Below, piece after piece: positions 46,273-55,934 of a DNA stretch of 64,000 bases (position 1 is the first letter of the stretch; every line of letters starts with the position of its first letter). The notes below the pieces were generated by a model. The model made no database searches and was not told the DNA's origin. It saw nothing but the letters and a program-made list of their open reading frames with translations. Both the position numbers and the translations under genes were made by a program. The stretch lies in the NCBI GenBank assembly GCA_963663545.1, contig OY760505.1:544001-608000 (forward strand), written 5' to 3'. The DNA is from Candidatus Delongbacteria bacterium (GTDB lineage: Bacteria; CAIWAD01).

Positions 46273-48456
46273 TCAGGCCAGCACCTCAACCGCCACTTTG
46301 TCGGCCTGCAATCCAACGTGGATGCGCAGACTACGACCGTTGGCCGCGAGGATCTCCTCGTTGACGCGCTCGGCGACCAATTCCTCGAACTTGCGATCCA
46401 CGTTGCGCGCATTGCACTCTTCCTGCTGGCCCAGCATGGCAACACGTTCGGTGACCGCCTCGTCCACCTCAAGCTGATGGCCCAGGCGGCTTACCTTGTC
46501 ACGGAAATTCGGCACGATGCGCTCCTTCAGAATGCGCAACAGGCTATCCTCGCCCAAGGTCTGGAAGACAACCAGCTTGTCTACGGCGCGCAGCATTTCA
46601 GCCGAGAAATAGTGACGCAAATCCTTCTCACTCAGGCGTGAGGCATCACTGCGATCGCCGAAGCCAATGGTAGCGCGGTGCTGGTCCATGCCCAGCAGAT
46701 CAGAAAGCAGGATCACCGTGGTCTCGGCAATGGAAATGCGCTGTCCCAACGCGTCGCGCAGGTAGCCGTCCTCGAAGGATTGCAGCAGATAGCCCAGCAC
46801 CTCGCCGGCGGCGAATTCCAGATTCTTCACCAGCAGCACTCGGCGCACATTTTCGCGGAAATGATCGACGACCGGACGCACGCGGTAGCCCTCGGTCTGA
46901 GTGATGCTGCCGATCAGGCGCGAAAGGCTTTCGGCCTCCTGAAACTCCGCCATATCGATAACGAAGGGATCGCTGCCGTAGACCAGACGCGAGAGCTCCG
47001 CGGCGAAGAGCTGTTTGCCTACTCCCGCCGGACCCGCCAGCAGAAAGACTCCGTCGGGGCGCTCGGGGTTGAGATCCAGATCGCTCTTCATCAAGCGGAT
47101 GGTGCGGCAGACTTCAGTGACGGCCGCGTCCTGGCCGATGATGCGCGAACGCAGGTCCTCCTCCAGGCGATCCAGACGCAAGGTGGGATGCAGGAACTCG
47201 CCCTCGCTTCGACCCGTGATACGCTGTAGCGCCGTGCAGAGCGCGCTCTCCCACTTGCCCTCGCCTTCGTCCAGCGCCAGAATGGATAGAGTCACATCCA
47301 ACAGAATGAGCGCCTTTTTCGGGAAGGTGATGCTCTTGATGTGCTCATCGGCCATGGTCACCAGCTCTTCGACCTGCTGCTGGCTGACCTCAATGGCGTA
47401 CTGCTCTTCGAAGCGGTCCTTGACCTCCAGCAGAATCTGGGTCACTTCCTTGCGGCTCAAAGGCGTGACGTAAAGCGGGGAAAGCACTTCCTCGAAATTC
47501 GGGTTGCTCTTGAAGACGCCGTTGTAGAACTCCAGATCCGTCAGCAGTACGAAGTGCAGGCTTTTCAGGTGCAGCATACGAAAGAGGTGGTTGACAAAAT
47601 CCATTACCAGTGCGTTATCCTGGCTGAACATACGCGAAGGCGCGTCCAGCACCAGCACGAACTCGGTGTGCTCCTCGAGGAAAAGCTGCAGGGCCTCAAA
47701 GCGGGCACGCAGTTCGCCACGCCCCTCGACGCCCTTCAGGAAGAGCTCGATGGGCATTTCGAAGAAGCGCTTGCCGCGGAAGATGGCGGGTACCTGGCCA
47801 GCCGCGGTATCCTCCACCAGTCGGCGCAGTACCGAAGTCTTGCCGGAGCCGGGAGGGCCGTACAGCAGCAGATTCTGGCGATATCGGCGAATGAGCACTT
47901 CCATCATGGCGCGCTTGTACTCGGCGTAGGGCAGCAGGCCGTGCATGGGCTGGCTGCCGTAGCGCAGGTTGAGGTCGTTCTCTTCGCTGAACATGGCGTC
48001 CAGGAAGTCCTCCTCCTGCGGCTGCTTTTCGGGCGCTAGACCCAGACGCTCCAGCGGAACAGGATACAGTGCGGACCAATTGCCCAGCATCACCTGCAGC
48101 AGCAACACAGTGTCCAACTCTTCCTCGCCGCGCTCGCGGGTCCAAGCCGCCAGCAGCTGGCCCAGCACAGGATCGGCGGGCAGCGCGACCCCCTCCACGG
48201 GAGTCAACTTGCGCTCTTCGGCGCTCAGTTTGTCGCGTTCCTGGGCAATGGCACGGGCGCTATCAGTGAAGTGCTCCACCAGCGCCTGGTGATGATTGTC
48301 GTTGTGCAGCATTCCTTCCAGCAGCTCGCGGGCGTCGCCGGGATCAGCCAGCAGCGCCAGCATCAGCTCCGGAAGTCCGAAGCAGTCGCGCTTGGCTTCT
48401 GCCGCGAGGGCGGCGGCCGCGTTCAGCAGCTTGTTCAGATCTGCGGTAAGCTTCAT
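46273..48456 (-). CDS. ClpA/ClpC-like Hsp100 protein with degenerate ATPase motifs
   Basis: Clp N-domain, two AAA modules (GPPGSGKT; RIIGQD.AV, RPDGVFLLAGPAGVGK), IGF loop; Walker B motifs altered. Confidence 0.85.
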   Translation of the reverse strand: MKLTADLNKLLNAAAALAAEAKRDCFGLPELMLALLADPGDARELLEGMLHNDNHHQALVEHFTDSARAIAQERDKLSAEERKLTPVEGVALPADPVLGQLLAAWTRERGEEELDTVLLLQVMLGNWSALYPVPLERLGLAPEKQPQEEDFLDAMFSEENDLNLRYGSQPMHGLLPYAEYKRAMMEVLIRRYRQNLLLYGPPGSGKTSVLRRLVEDTAAGQVPAIFRGKRFFEMPIELFLKGVEGRGELRARFEALQLFLEEHTEFVLVLDAPSRMFSQDNALVMDFVNHLFRMLHLKSLHFVLLTDLEFYNGVFKSNPNFEEVLSPLYVTPLSRKEVTQILLEVKDRFEEQYAIEVSQQQVEELVTMADEHIKSITFPKKALILLDVTLSILALDEGEGKWESALCTALQRITGRSEGEFLHPTLRLDRLEEDLRSRIIGQDAAVTEVCRTIRLMKSDLDLNPERPDGVFLLAGPAGVGKQLFAAELSRLVYGSDPFVIDMAEFQEAESLSRLIGSITQTEGYRVRPVVDHFRENVRRVLLVKNLEFAAGEVLGYLLQSFEDGYLRDALGQRISIAETTVILLSDLLGMDQHRATIGFGDRSDASRLSEKDLRHYFSAEMLRAVDKLVVFQTLGEDSLLRILKERIVPNFRDKVSRLGHQLEVDEAVTERVAMLGQQEECNARNVDRKFEELVAERVNEEILAANGRSLRIHVGLQADKVAVEVLA

Positions 48457-48587
48457 GTATCCTCCTCATGTTGCCTTCAATGTACAAAGCACCGCGCGGC
48501 AAAGGCAGACGGAAAGCGGGTTTGGGCCTTTGCGGGCAATTCGCCACAATGACACGCTTCGCGTAGAAAAACAGGATCGTCCCCTTG

Positions 48588-51341
48588 ATGGAACACCCCT
48601 ACCTCGACTTTCTGGACCTGGTGGAAAAGCCGGTCCGTTACCTGGGCGGTGAGCCCGGCGCCCATCGGCGCGATTGGGAGAACGCGGCTTTCTGCTGCCG
48701 CTTCGTGCTTTGCTTTCCCGACGTCTATGATATCGGCATGAGTCACCTGGGAAGTCGCATTCTCTACAAGGCAATCAACCAATGCGACGATTTGCTGATG
48801 GAACGCGCCTTCTGTCCCTGGTTGGACATGGAGGCACAATTGCGCCAGCGGCAGCTGCCTCTGGTTTCCCTGGAATCGGCACATCGGCTGGCTGACTTTG
48901 ATGTGGTGGGCTTCTCGTTGCAATACGAGATGACCTACACCAATGTGCTCACCATGCTCGAGCTAGGTGGAATTCCGCTGCGGACGGCGGATCGCGGCGA
49001 CCAGGATCCGCTGGTGTTGGGCGGCGGCCCCTGCGCCACCCATCCGGAAGCCGTGGCCGATTTCTTTGACGCCTTCCTGATTGGCGATGGCGAGGAAGCC
49101 TTGCCCGCACTGCTCAGGCTTGTTGGCGAACTGCGGCGAGAGGGCCTGCCGCGACGTGAAATTCTGATTCGGCTGGCGATGCGACCGGGCGTCTACGCGC
49201 CTTCACTTTACAAGCGAGAAGTGGACGCTCAAAGCGGTTTTGAAGTTGTAACACAGCCCTTGGACGAACGTGTGCCCGAGCGTGTGACACGTCAGTACGT
49301 AGCTGACCTGAATGATCATCCCTTTCCAGTGGATGGACCGCTGGCGCTGACCGAATCGGTTTTCGACCGTATGTCGGTGGAGTTGGCGCGCGGCTGCACA
49401 GAAGGCTGCCGCTTCTGCCAGGCGGGAATCATCTATCGCCCCGTGCGCGAGCGTGATCCACAGAATGTACTGGAGACGGTGAAGGCGGCGGTATCACAGG
49501 CTGGCTATGATGCGGCCTCGCTGACTTCGCTCTCCCCTGCCGACTACAGTTGTATCACGCCGCTGATCATACATCTGATGGATCACCTGCGCGATCAGAA
49601 AGTCAGCCTGGGCATTTCCAGTCTGCGCGCCTACGGTCTACCGGAGCGTTTGCTGGACGAGATCGCCAGCGTCAAAGCGACGGGCTTGACCTTTGCACCG
49701 GAAGCGGGCAGCCAGCGCATGCGCGATGTAATCAACAAGAACATCTCGGAAGAGGATGTGCTGGAGACCTGCCGGCAGGTCTTTCGCCGCGGCTGGCAGC
49801 GCGTGAAATTCTACTTCATTCTGGGACTGCCCGGTGAGACGGACGAAGATGTCGTCGCAATATCCACTCTGGCGCGTCGCGCACTGGGTGTAGGACGCGA
49901 TGTAGCACGCGCTCCCGTTGTCACGGTCAGTGTTTCCAGTCACGTACCCAAACCCCACACGCCCTTTCAGTGGTGCGGCATGCTGGACGCAGCCACGATT
50001 GAGCAGCGCCAGGATACTCTGCGTGGATTGCTTGACGAGCGCGGCCTGCGTTTCCGTTGCCACGACCATCGGCTATCACGGCTGGAAGCCATTGTGGGCC
50101 GTGCCGACCGGCGCGCGGGCAGCCTGATTGAAGCCGCCTGGCGCATGGGCGCACGCTTCGACGCCTGGGATGATCAATTGCGTCACGACATCTGGGATGA
50201 GGCGCTGCAGAAGTGGCAGGCCGATGAGAATCTGCACGTCGAGCTCATGCTGGATTCGCTATCCTTGGAAGCGCGTCTCCCCTGGGATCACATAGACACC
50301 GGTGTATCACGCAACTTCCTGATTGCGGAGTATGAACGAGCCCGGCAAGCGGCCACCACAGCGCCGTGCGGAAAGCCTGCGGGCATGCTGCAACATCCCG
50401 CATCTCCTGAGGAATGGGCTGAGGCGGGACGACTGGTGTGTCACCATTGCGGCCTGGCTTGCAACATGTCGCAAATGAGCCGTCAGCGAAAACAGTGGCA
50501 GGAAGCTGTGTCACACAACCTGCCCGCGGCACGCGATCTTGCCCGACCGGCAACAGTGCAGCAGCTCAGAGGCCGTCCGGCACACGACTTCCATCAGGGG
50601 ATACCCGTGAAACTGCGCCTGCGTCACAACAAGCTGGATCGGGCACGTCTGCTCAGTCAGTTGGATCTGGCGCGGCTGCTACCACAGCTGATGCGACGCA
50701 GCGCCTTGCCTGTGTATTACAGCGAGGGATTCTCTCCGCACCCGGTGATGTCTTTTGGTCCGGCGCTGAATCAAGGCGCAGCCTCGCTTGCCGAATACCT
50801 CGAGATCAGTCTGGTGGGCCCGCAGGAGGCGCTTCCGTCGGCGTCTAACATTGTATCACGGCTGAATGAATCCATTCCACTTGGCATCGAATTTACCGAC
50901 GGACGATTTTTCGTTGAGCGCGAGAAGGGGCTGTCGAAGGAACTTTTCGCCGCCGACTGGCTAGTGCAGATCAAATCAGAGTTAGCCTTTGATCAGCTGG
51001 CGCAGCGGCTGGCGCATCTCCTTAACACAAAGCACATACCTGTTCGCGTTCTTCGCAAGAATCGGGAACGTGAACTGAATCTGGCGGAGCTGTTGCTTCA
51101 TGCAGAGCTGCTGCGCGCAGAAGCCGGACAGTGGCCGGGCGTTCCCGCAGGTCAGTGTGTGCTGGTGTATCGCATTCGAACGGGTGGCGCAAGCGTCAAG
51201 CCACAAGAAGTCCTGCATGCACTCTTGGATGTGGAACTTGCCGGTGCCGGTGATGTGTTACGCACCGCGCTCTGGCTGGGAACGGCAGCGGAAGATCTGC
51301 GCGACCCACTGGAGATACCCGATGATCCTGCGCTCGCTTAA
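48588..51341 (+). CDS. B12-binding radical SAM protein (TIGR03960-like) fused to a TIGR03936-like domain
   Basis: VEKPVRYLGGE, FPDVYDIGMSHLG, GFSLQYEM.YTN, RGCTEGCRFCQAG, C-terminal LSQLDL.R...YSEGFSPHP. Confidence 0.88.
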   Translation: MEHPYLDFLDLVEKPVRYLGGEPGAHRRDWENAAFCCRFVLCFPDVYDIGMSHLGSRILYKAINQCDDLLMERAFCPWLDMEAQLRQRQLPLVSLESAHRLADFDVVGFSLQYEMTYTNVLTMLELGGIPLRTADRGDQDPLVLGGGPCATHPEAVADFFDAFLIGDGEEALPALLRLVGELRREGLPRREILIRLAMRPGVYAPSLYKREVDAQSGFEVVTQPLDERVPERVTRQYVADLNDHPFPVDGPLALTESVFDRMSVELARGCTEGCRFCQAGIIYRPVRERDPQNVLETVKAAVSQAGYDAASLTSLSPADYSCITPLIIHLMDHLRDQKVSLGISSLRAYGLPERLLDEIASVKATGLTFAPEAGSQRMRDVINKNISEEDVLETCRQVFRRGWQRVKFYFILGLPGETDEDVVAISTLARRALGVGRDVARAPVVTVSVSSHVPKPHTPFQWCGMLDAATIEQRQDTLRGLLDERGLRFRCHDHRLSRLEAIVGRADRRAGSLIEAAWRMGARFDAWDDQLRHDIWDEALQKWQADENLHVELMLDSLSLEARLPWDHIDTGVSRNFLIAEYERARQAATTAPCGKPAGMLQHPASPEEWAEAGRLVCHHCGLACNMSQMSRQRKQWQEAVSHNLPAARDLARPATVQQLRGRPAHDFHQGIPVKLRLRHNKLDRARLLSQLDLARLLPQLMRRSALPVYYSEGFSPHPVMSFGPALNQGAASLAEYLEISLVGPQEALPSASNIVSRLNESIPLGIEFTDGRFFVEREKGLSKELFAADWLVQIKSELAFDQLAQRLAHLLNTKHIPVRVLRKNRERELNLAELLLHAELLRAEAGQWPGVPAGQCVLVYRIRTGGASVKPQEVLHALLDVELAGAGDVLRTALWLGTAAEDLRDPLEIPDDPALA

Positions 51342-53130
51342 GGGCGTTCTCGAATTGGAACAGCGTCCGCTGTTTCAGCAGTTGTTCACTGCTTTCGTTC
51401 TGGTCTCGACACTGACGGTGCTGGGTATTACGTGGTACGCCAATCTCTCGGTGCGCGAACAAATCATTTCGGGCGCCCTGAGCGAACTGCAAGTGCGCGC
51501 GACACTGCTTGCGAATCAATTGGACGATGTATCACGGGATACGGGGTACGATTGGCAATCGCTGATCACGCGTCTGCACAAGGGTGTTGACATGCGTATC
51601 ACGCTGATCTCACCGGACGGCACAGTGCTTGCGGACACGGATGGTGATCCCGTCTACATGGACAATCACGCAGGCCGTGAAGAAGTGATGCCAGCACTTG
51701 ACGGCCGTACGGCTCATAGCCAGCGTTTCAGCGCCACCACCGGCGTACAGCGCATGTATCTGGCCTTGCCAATGTTTGATCGGGATTCGCTGGTTACGGC
51801 TGTCTTGCGTACTTCCTACGAGCTGGACGGCGTTGATGCGCGCATTCGTCACATCGCCTCGCGTATCACATTCAGCGGCCTGCTGCTGGCCTTGCTAAGC
51901 TGTCTACTAGGCTTCTATATCAGTCGCCGCTTCAGTCGTCCGCTGGTGCGCATGCGCCAGGTCGCCGACGATTTTGCTGCAGGGCAGCTCGGGCGGCGCT
52001 TGCCTCCCGCCGGAACCCTGGAGCTGAACAGCCTGGCCTCCTCCATGAATAAAATGGCCGCCAGCCTGGACCGTCGTCTACGTGATTTGGCCGAGCAACG
52101 CAATGAGCGCGAGGCTCTGCTGAACTCGATGACCGAAGGTGTGATTGCTGTCGATGGCGAGGGCAATCTGCTCTCCTGCAATCCAGCGGCCCGCACCATG
52201 CTGCAACTCCCCGATGAAGCGCTGCGCGCTCAGCATCTGCCGACCTTGCTGGGTGGAGGTCCGCTGACAGATTTCCTGGATCACATGCTGGCCTCGGGTG
52301 ATCATCGCGAAAGCTGCGAGTTGACGCTGCAGCACGGGAATCCGCTGTACCTGCAAGTCACGGGATCGCCGCTCCAGGACAGTCAGGACAAACGTTTCGG
52401 CGTCTTGATCGTGCTGAATGACATCACGGAACTAAGGGCGCTTGAGGGCATTCGCAAGGAATTCGTCAGCAATGTGAGTCACGAGCTGCGTACGCCGGTG
52501 ACCTCCATTCGGGGTTATGTGGAAACCCTGCGCGATGGCGGCATGCAGGATCCGACGCAGGCGACGCACTTCCTGGAAGTCATCGAGCGCCAGGCCAACC
52601 GGCTAAACAACATCATCGAGGATCTACTGGCTCTGAGCCGCATCGAACGTCGCGAGGATCCTCGTCAGCTCAACCTGCAGGAAATCCAGCTCGACCATCT
52701 GGTATCGGTGATGGTGCAGGATCACTTACCCATTGCGCGTCGCAAGAACATTGCCCTGCAGGGCCAGTGCGCCACTTCGCTGGTTTGGCGCCTGGACATC
52801 AATATGATCGAGCGTGCATTGGTGAATCTGATCATCAACGCCATTCACTACACGGATGATGGCGGTCGTGTCGAACTGCGGGCGTGCGTGAAAGACGAGC
52901 ACCTGCTGCTTGAAGTGCGTGACAACGGCTGTGGCATCTCAAGCGAGCATCTACCGCGCATCTTCGAGCGCTTCTATGTGGTAGACAAAGCGCGCAGTCG
53001 CAGCGTAGGCGGAACGGGACTGGGACTGGCCATCGTGAAGCATGTCGCAGCGGCTCATGGGGGCAAGGTGGAAGTGGAAAGCGTGGCGGCGCAGGGGTCG
53101 ACGTTCCGGCTTGTCCTGCCGAGGGTCTGA
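51322..53130 (+). CDS. phoR: PhoR-like sensor histidine kinase (HAMP-PAS-HisKA-HATPase)
   Basis: MDNHAGREEV, EFVSNVSHELRTPVTSIRGY, NLIINAI.Y, RIFERFYVVDKARSR..GGTGLGLAIVKH; next to phoU; start overlaps the radical SAM gene end. Confidence 0.85.
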   Translation: MILRSLKGVLELEQRPLFQQLFTAFVLVSTLTVLGITWYANLSVREQIISGALSELQVRATLLANQLDDVSRDTGYDWQSLITRLHKGVDMRITLISPDGTVLADTDGDPVYMDNHAGREEVMPALDGRTAHSQRFSATTGVQRMYLALPMFDRDSLVTAVLRTSYELDGVDARIRHIASRITFSGLLLALLSCLLGFYISRRFSRPLVRMRQVADDFAAGQLGRRLPPAGTLELNSLASSMNKMAASLDRRLRDLAEQRNEREALLNSMTEGVIAVDGEGNLLSCNPAARTMLQLPDEALRAQHLPTLLGGGPLTDFLDHMLASGDHRESCELTLQHGNPLYLQVTGSPLQDSQDKRFGVLIVLNDITELRALEGIRKEFVSNVSHELRTPVTSIRGYVETLRDGGMQDPTQATHFLEVIERQANRLNNIIEDLLALSRIERREDPRQLNLQEIQLDHLVSVMVQDHLPIARRKNIALQGQCATSLVWRLDINMIERALVNLIINAIHYTDDGGRVELRACVKDEHLLLEVRDNGCGISSEHLPRIFERFYVVDKARSRSVGGTGLGLAIVKHVAAAHGGKVEVESVAAQGSTFRLVLPRV

Positions 53131-53169
53131 CACCGGTCTGGCACCCGTCTGGCACGGGTCTGACCCCTC
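53122..53169. repeat. 11-bp-period GTCTGGCACnn element (4 units), REP-like
   Basis: Units start at 53125, 53136, 53147 and 53158; ends GGGTCTGACCCC; the first unit contains the phoR TGA. Confidence 0.8.
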
Positions 53170-53409
53170 CGCGCTGATTTCGTCCAACTCAGCAGACATG
53201 TCCAAGCATGTACACAGATACCAAAGCCAGCGCCTCGCCAGTAAGCGTGTTGACTGTCCAAGAATCTTTGCACGCCTTTTCAGCCAGCGCAAACAACCTG
53301 CACGGATCCTGTCGCAAGCAGAAGCGAACGTCCATGCGGTGCGCAAACCTGCATCTAATCCCGCTCTTACAATGCAGTGTCACCTTCGCGTATCATGAAG
53401 AGGTGAACC

Positions 53410-54114
53410 ATGCATTTGCAACGCAGTGTCGAAGACGTCAAACGCGGTCTTTTTGGTCTGGGCGCGCTCGTGCAGCAGCAGCTTGAGCTGGCACTGATCG
53501 CTGTCAAGCAGCGTGATACAAAAACCGCTGCACGAGTGATTGCCGGTGATGATTTTGTGGATGAACGAGAGTTGGCCCTGGACGAGCAGGTGATGGGACT
53601 TCTTGCCGTTCACCAACCGCAAGGTGAGGACCTGCGCTATCTGCTGGGAATCCTCAAGCTGACCACAGAGTTGGAGCGCATTGGCGACTTGGCGGTGGAC
53701 ATTGCGCGACAAGCTCCGCGCATGGCCGTCGCCGATGAAGACATCCCACCACTGCCCCACCAATTAGACGCGTTCGCTGGCCAGATCCATCGCCAATTGC
53801 GCATGGCTCAGGACGCGCTGGTCTACCGCGACTCGGAACTGGCGGATCATCTGCTTGCCGAACAGGATGAAACGCAGCAGTTGTATCACGAGATTCGCAT
53901 GGAAGCTCGGGAGGCGATGGCACGCGGTCGCTGGTTGGCACAAAGCCAACTCTCGATGATCGAAATTGCTGCCGCGCTCAATCGAGTGCGCGCTCACAGC
54001 GCCAATGTGGCCGAATATGTGCTCTGGCTTGTCCGAGGTGAGCTGGTCCGCCATGGCAGCCGCCGCGTGATACAACGCACGCTGCAGCACGATCTGAGCC
54101 GGTCAGCGCAGTAG
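53410..54114 (+). CDS. phoU: Phosphate signalling protein PhoU
   Basis: VIAGDDFVDE.E, QP..EDLR, ELERIGDLA.DIA, LNRV..HSANVAE; GAGGTG RBS. Confidence 0.9.
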   Translation: MHLQRSVEDVKRGLFGLGALVQQQLELALIAVKQRDTKTAARVIAGDDFVDERELALDEQVMGLLAVHQPQGEDLRYLLGILKLTTELERIGDLAVDIARQAPRMAVADEDIPPLPHQLDAFAGQIHRQLRMAQDALVYRDSELADHLLAEQDETQQLYHEIRMEAREAMARGRWLAQSQLSMIEIAAALNRVRAHSANVAEYVLWLVRGELVRHGSRRVIQRTLQHDLSRSAQ

Positions 54115-54116
54115 GC

Positions 54117-54153
54117 GGGGTCTGGCACGTGTCTGGCACGGGTCTGACCCCCT
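54117..54153. repeat. 11-bp-period GTCTGGCACnn element (3 units), REP-like
   Basis: Units start at 54120, 54131 and 54142, directly after the phoU stop. Confidence 0.8.
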
Positions 54154-54274
54154 CCTCTCCGGTTCTGTCAACTCCCCCCGACATGTCCACACCCGAACAC
54201 ACCATTCAAAGCGGCAAGCGCGTATTCAGAAACCAGCGCATGTCAATCTCCCTGAACACTGGCACTAGAAAGAG

Positions 54275-54308
54275 AAAAGCCCCCGAATCGCACAGCGACC
54301 CGGGGGCT
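54275..54308 (-). terminator. Intrinsic terminator after the CBM20/CTD gene
   Basis: aaa-agcccccg...cgggggct with an inner tcgc/gcga pair. Confidence 0.65.
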
Positions 54309-54330
54309 GAGGCTTCCAAGAAGCAGACGC

Positions 54331-55782
54331 TTACTTGACCAGCATCATCTTGCCAGCCTGCAGCTCGCCCTGGGCCTCGACCGTGTACAGGTAGAGACCG
54401 CTGGACAGTGCACTGCCGTCGAAGCGGATGTTGTTCTCGCCACCCATGTAATAGGAGGCACTGCTGGCCACCAGGGCACCGCGCAGGTCGTAGACCTTGA
54501 ACTGCACCTGACCCGCCTCACGCAGGGAGAACTCGATGCGCGTGGAGGGGTTGAAGGGGTTCGGATAGTTGCCCTTCAGCTCGAAGGCCTTGGCCACTGC
54601 GGGAACATCCTCGACTCCCAACGTTCCATACCACATATCGAAGGGATAACCGAAGAGGTCGTGGACTGTATCGGTGCTGTTGGTGTCGTCGATGGTGTAG
54701 CTGTGGTTCTCTTCAAAACCAGCCTCGTTGTCAGCACCATTGGCACCGTACTTGTAACCAACGGCACGGGCAGAACCGGCAGCAAACTCCACAGTGGCTT
54801 CCCACAGGGTACCCGAGGTGGGCTGCAACTGGTAGTCTACGGGCACCGCGCCCCAGGGCCAGCTGTTCCAGGCACCACAGACACCGATGTAGTTGATGTC
54901 ATCGTAGCTGGTGAGGCCGCCGTTCTCTTCGCCGGGATTCTCAACAAACCACTGCTGTACCGTCCAGGCATCGCAGATGAAGGTCAAGGCCACGTCCTGG
55001 CTAATCACATCGTCAAAGGTAACATTGCTGAAAAAGACCTCGTCGGCAACAAACTCATAGTAATCGTTACCATTGTCATCGGGCCAAGAGCTCTGCGGAA
55101 TGACGACGCGATTGCCACCGGGCAAGTCTTCCCAGGTAGCGGCATCTTCACTACCATCTTCCAGAATGACGAATTTGTACTCAACACCCGTTGTCATGCT
55201 GACGGCATCCATCTGGACAAGCAGGGTGTACAGGTTCGGCGATCCCGTAACAGGCTCGAGCTCGACGGCTCCACCCCAGCTTCCCAGTGCAGTGTGGCTA
55301 CCGCGGATTACGATCAAGTCGTTCTCTGGATCCCAGTTGTCGGGCACCAAGGCCTGAACAGCCATGTTCACGTAGAAGCGAACTTCGATGTCCATCAGGC
55401 TGGGGACTTCGTTTACGTCGTTGTAATACACCGGGTCCAGGGTGAGGTCGGCGTTGTTGAAATCGAAAGTACGATTGGCAACGTCTTCCCAGAAATCACC
55501 ATCGGGAGCGACGATGACATACTTGTATTCGTACGGGGTCAGCTCCGCCACATCGGCAAAGTCAAAACCACCCGTGTACAGCCCATCACCCGCATCGGTC
55601 AACTGATAAGCGTTTCCCCCCCAGCTATTGAAGCTGCCGCGTACGACAACAATATCTTCGGCGGGATCAAACGCACCCAAGGCTTCCTGCACATCCATAT
55701 GCACCTGGAAGGTAACCGTGCTCTGAGCATAAGCACCGGCTGCCACCAGCAGCATCATGGAAGCAGTAATCAGCTTCTTCAT
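54331..55782 (-). CDS. Secreted protein with three CBM20-like repeats and T9SS type A-like CTD
   Basis: Repeats VTFQVHM...VVVRGSFNSWG...YEYKYVI..WE..NR; CTD NYPNPFNPST...SGLYLY...KMMLVK. Confidence 0.78.
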   Translation of the reverse strand: MKKLITASMMLLVAAGAYAQSTVTFQVHMDVQEALGAFDPAEDIVVVRGSFNSWGGNAYQLTDAGDGLYTGGFDFADVAELTPYEYKYVIVAPDGDFWEDVANRTFDFNNADLTLDPVYYNDVNEVPSLMDIEVRFYVNMAVQALVPDNWDPENDLIVIRGSHTALGSWGGAVELEPVTGSPNLYTLLVQMDAVSMTTGVEYKFVILEDGSEDAATWEDLPGGNRVVIPQSSWPDDNGNDYYEFVADEVFFSNVTFDDVISQDVALTFICDAWTVQQWFVENPGEENGGLTSYDDINYIGVCGAWNSWPWGAVPVDYQLQPTSGTLWEATVEFAAGSARAVGYKYGANGADNEAGFEENHSYTIDDTNSTDTVHDLFGYPFDMWYGTLGVEDVPAVAKAFELKGNYPNPFNPSTRIEFSLREAGQVQFKVYDLRGALVASSASYYMGGENNIRFDGSALSSGLYLYTVEAQGELQAGKMMLVK

Positions 55783-55934
55783 GTTTCCTCCGTTGTTACA
55801 CACCGTATCTCATTGCCAGAGTCCTGGCTTGTCAAGACCAGCGCTTCCGATAGCTTCAGGTTGCATGGACTCGCTGGCGGCAAATCTCTGTATCGGCCAA
55901 AGATATAACATCCTGATTGTTGCAACAACTGCAG

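Noticed and set aside
53360..53400. Pho box directly upstream of phoU
   Set aside because: GTGTCAC and GTATCAT are 13 bp apart rather than 11, and such words are abundant throughout the window.
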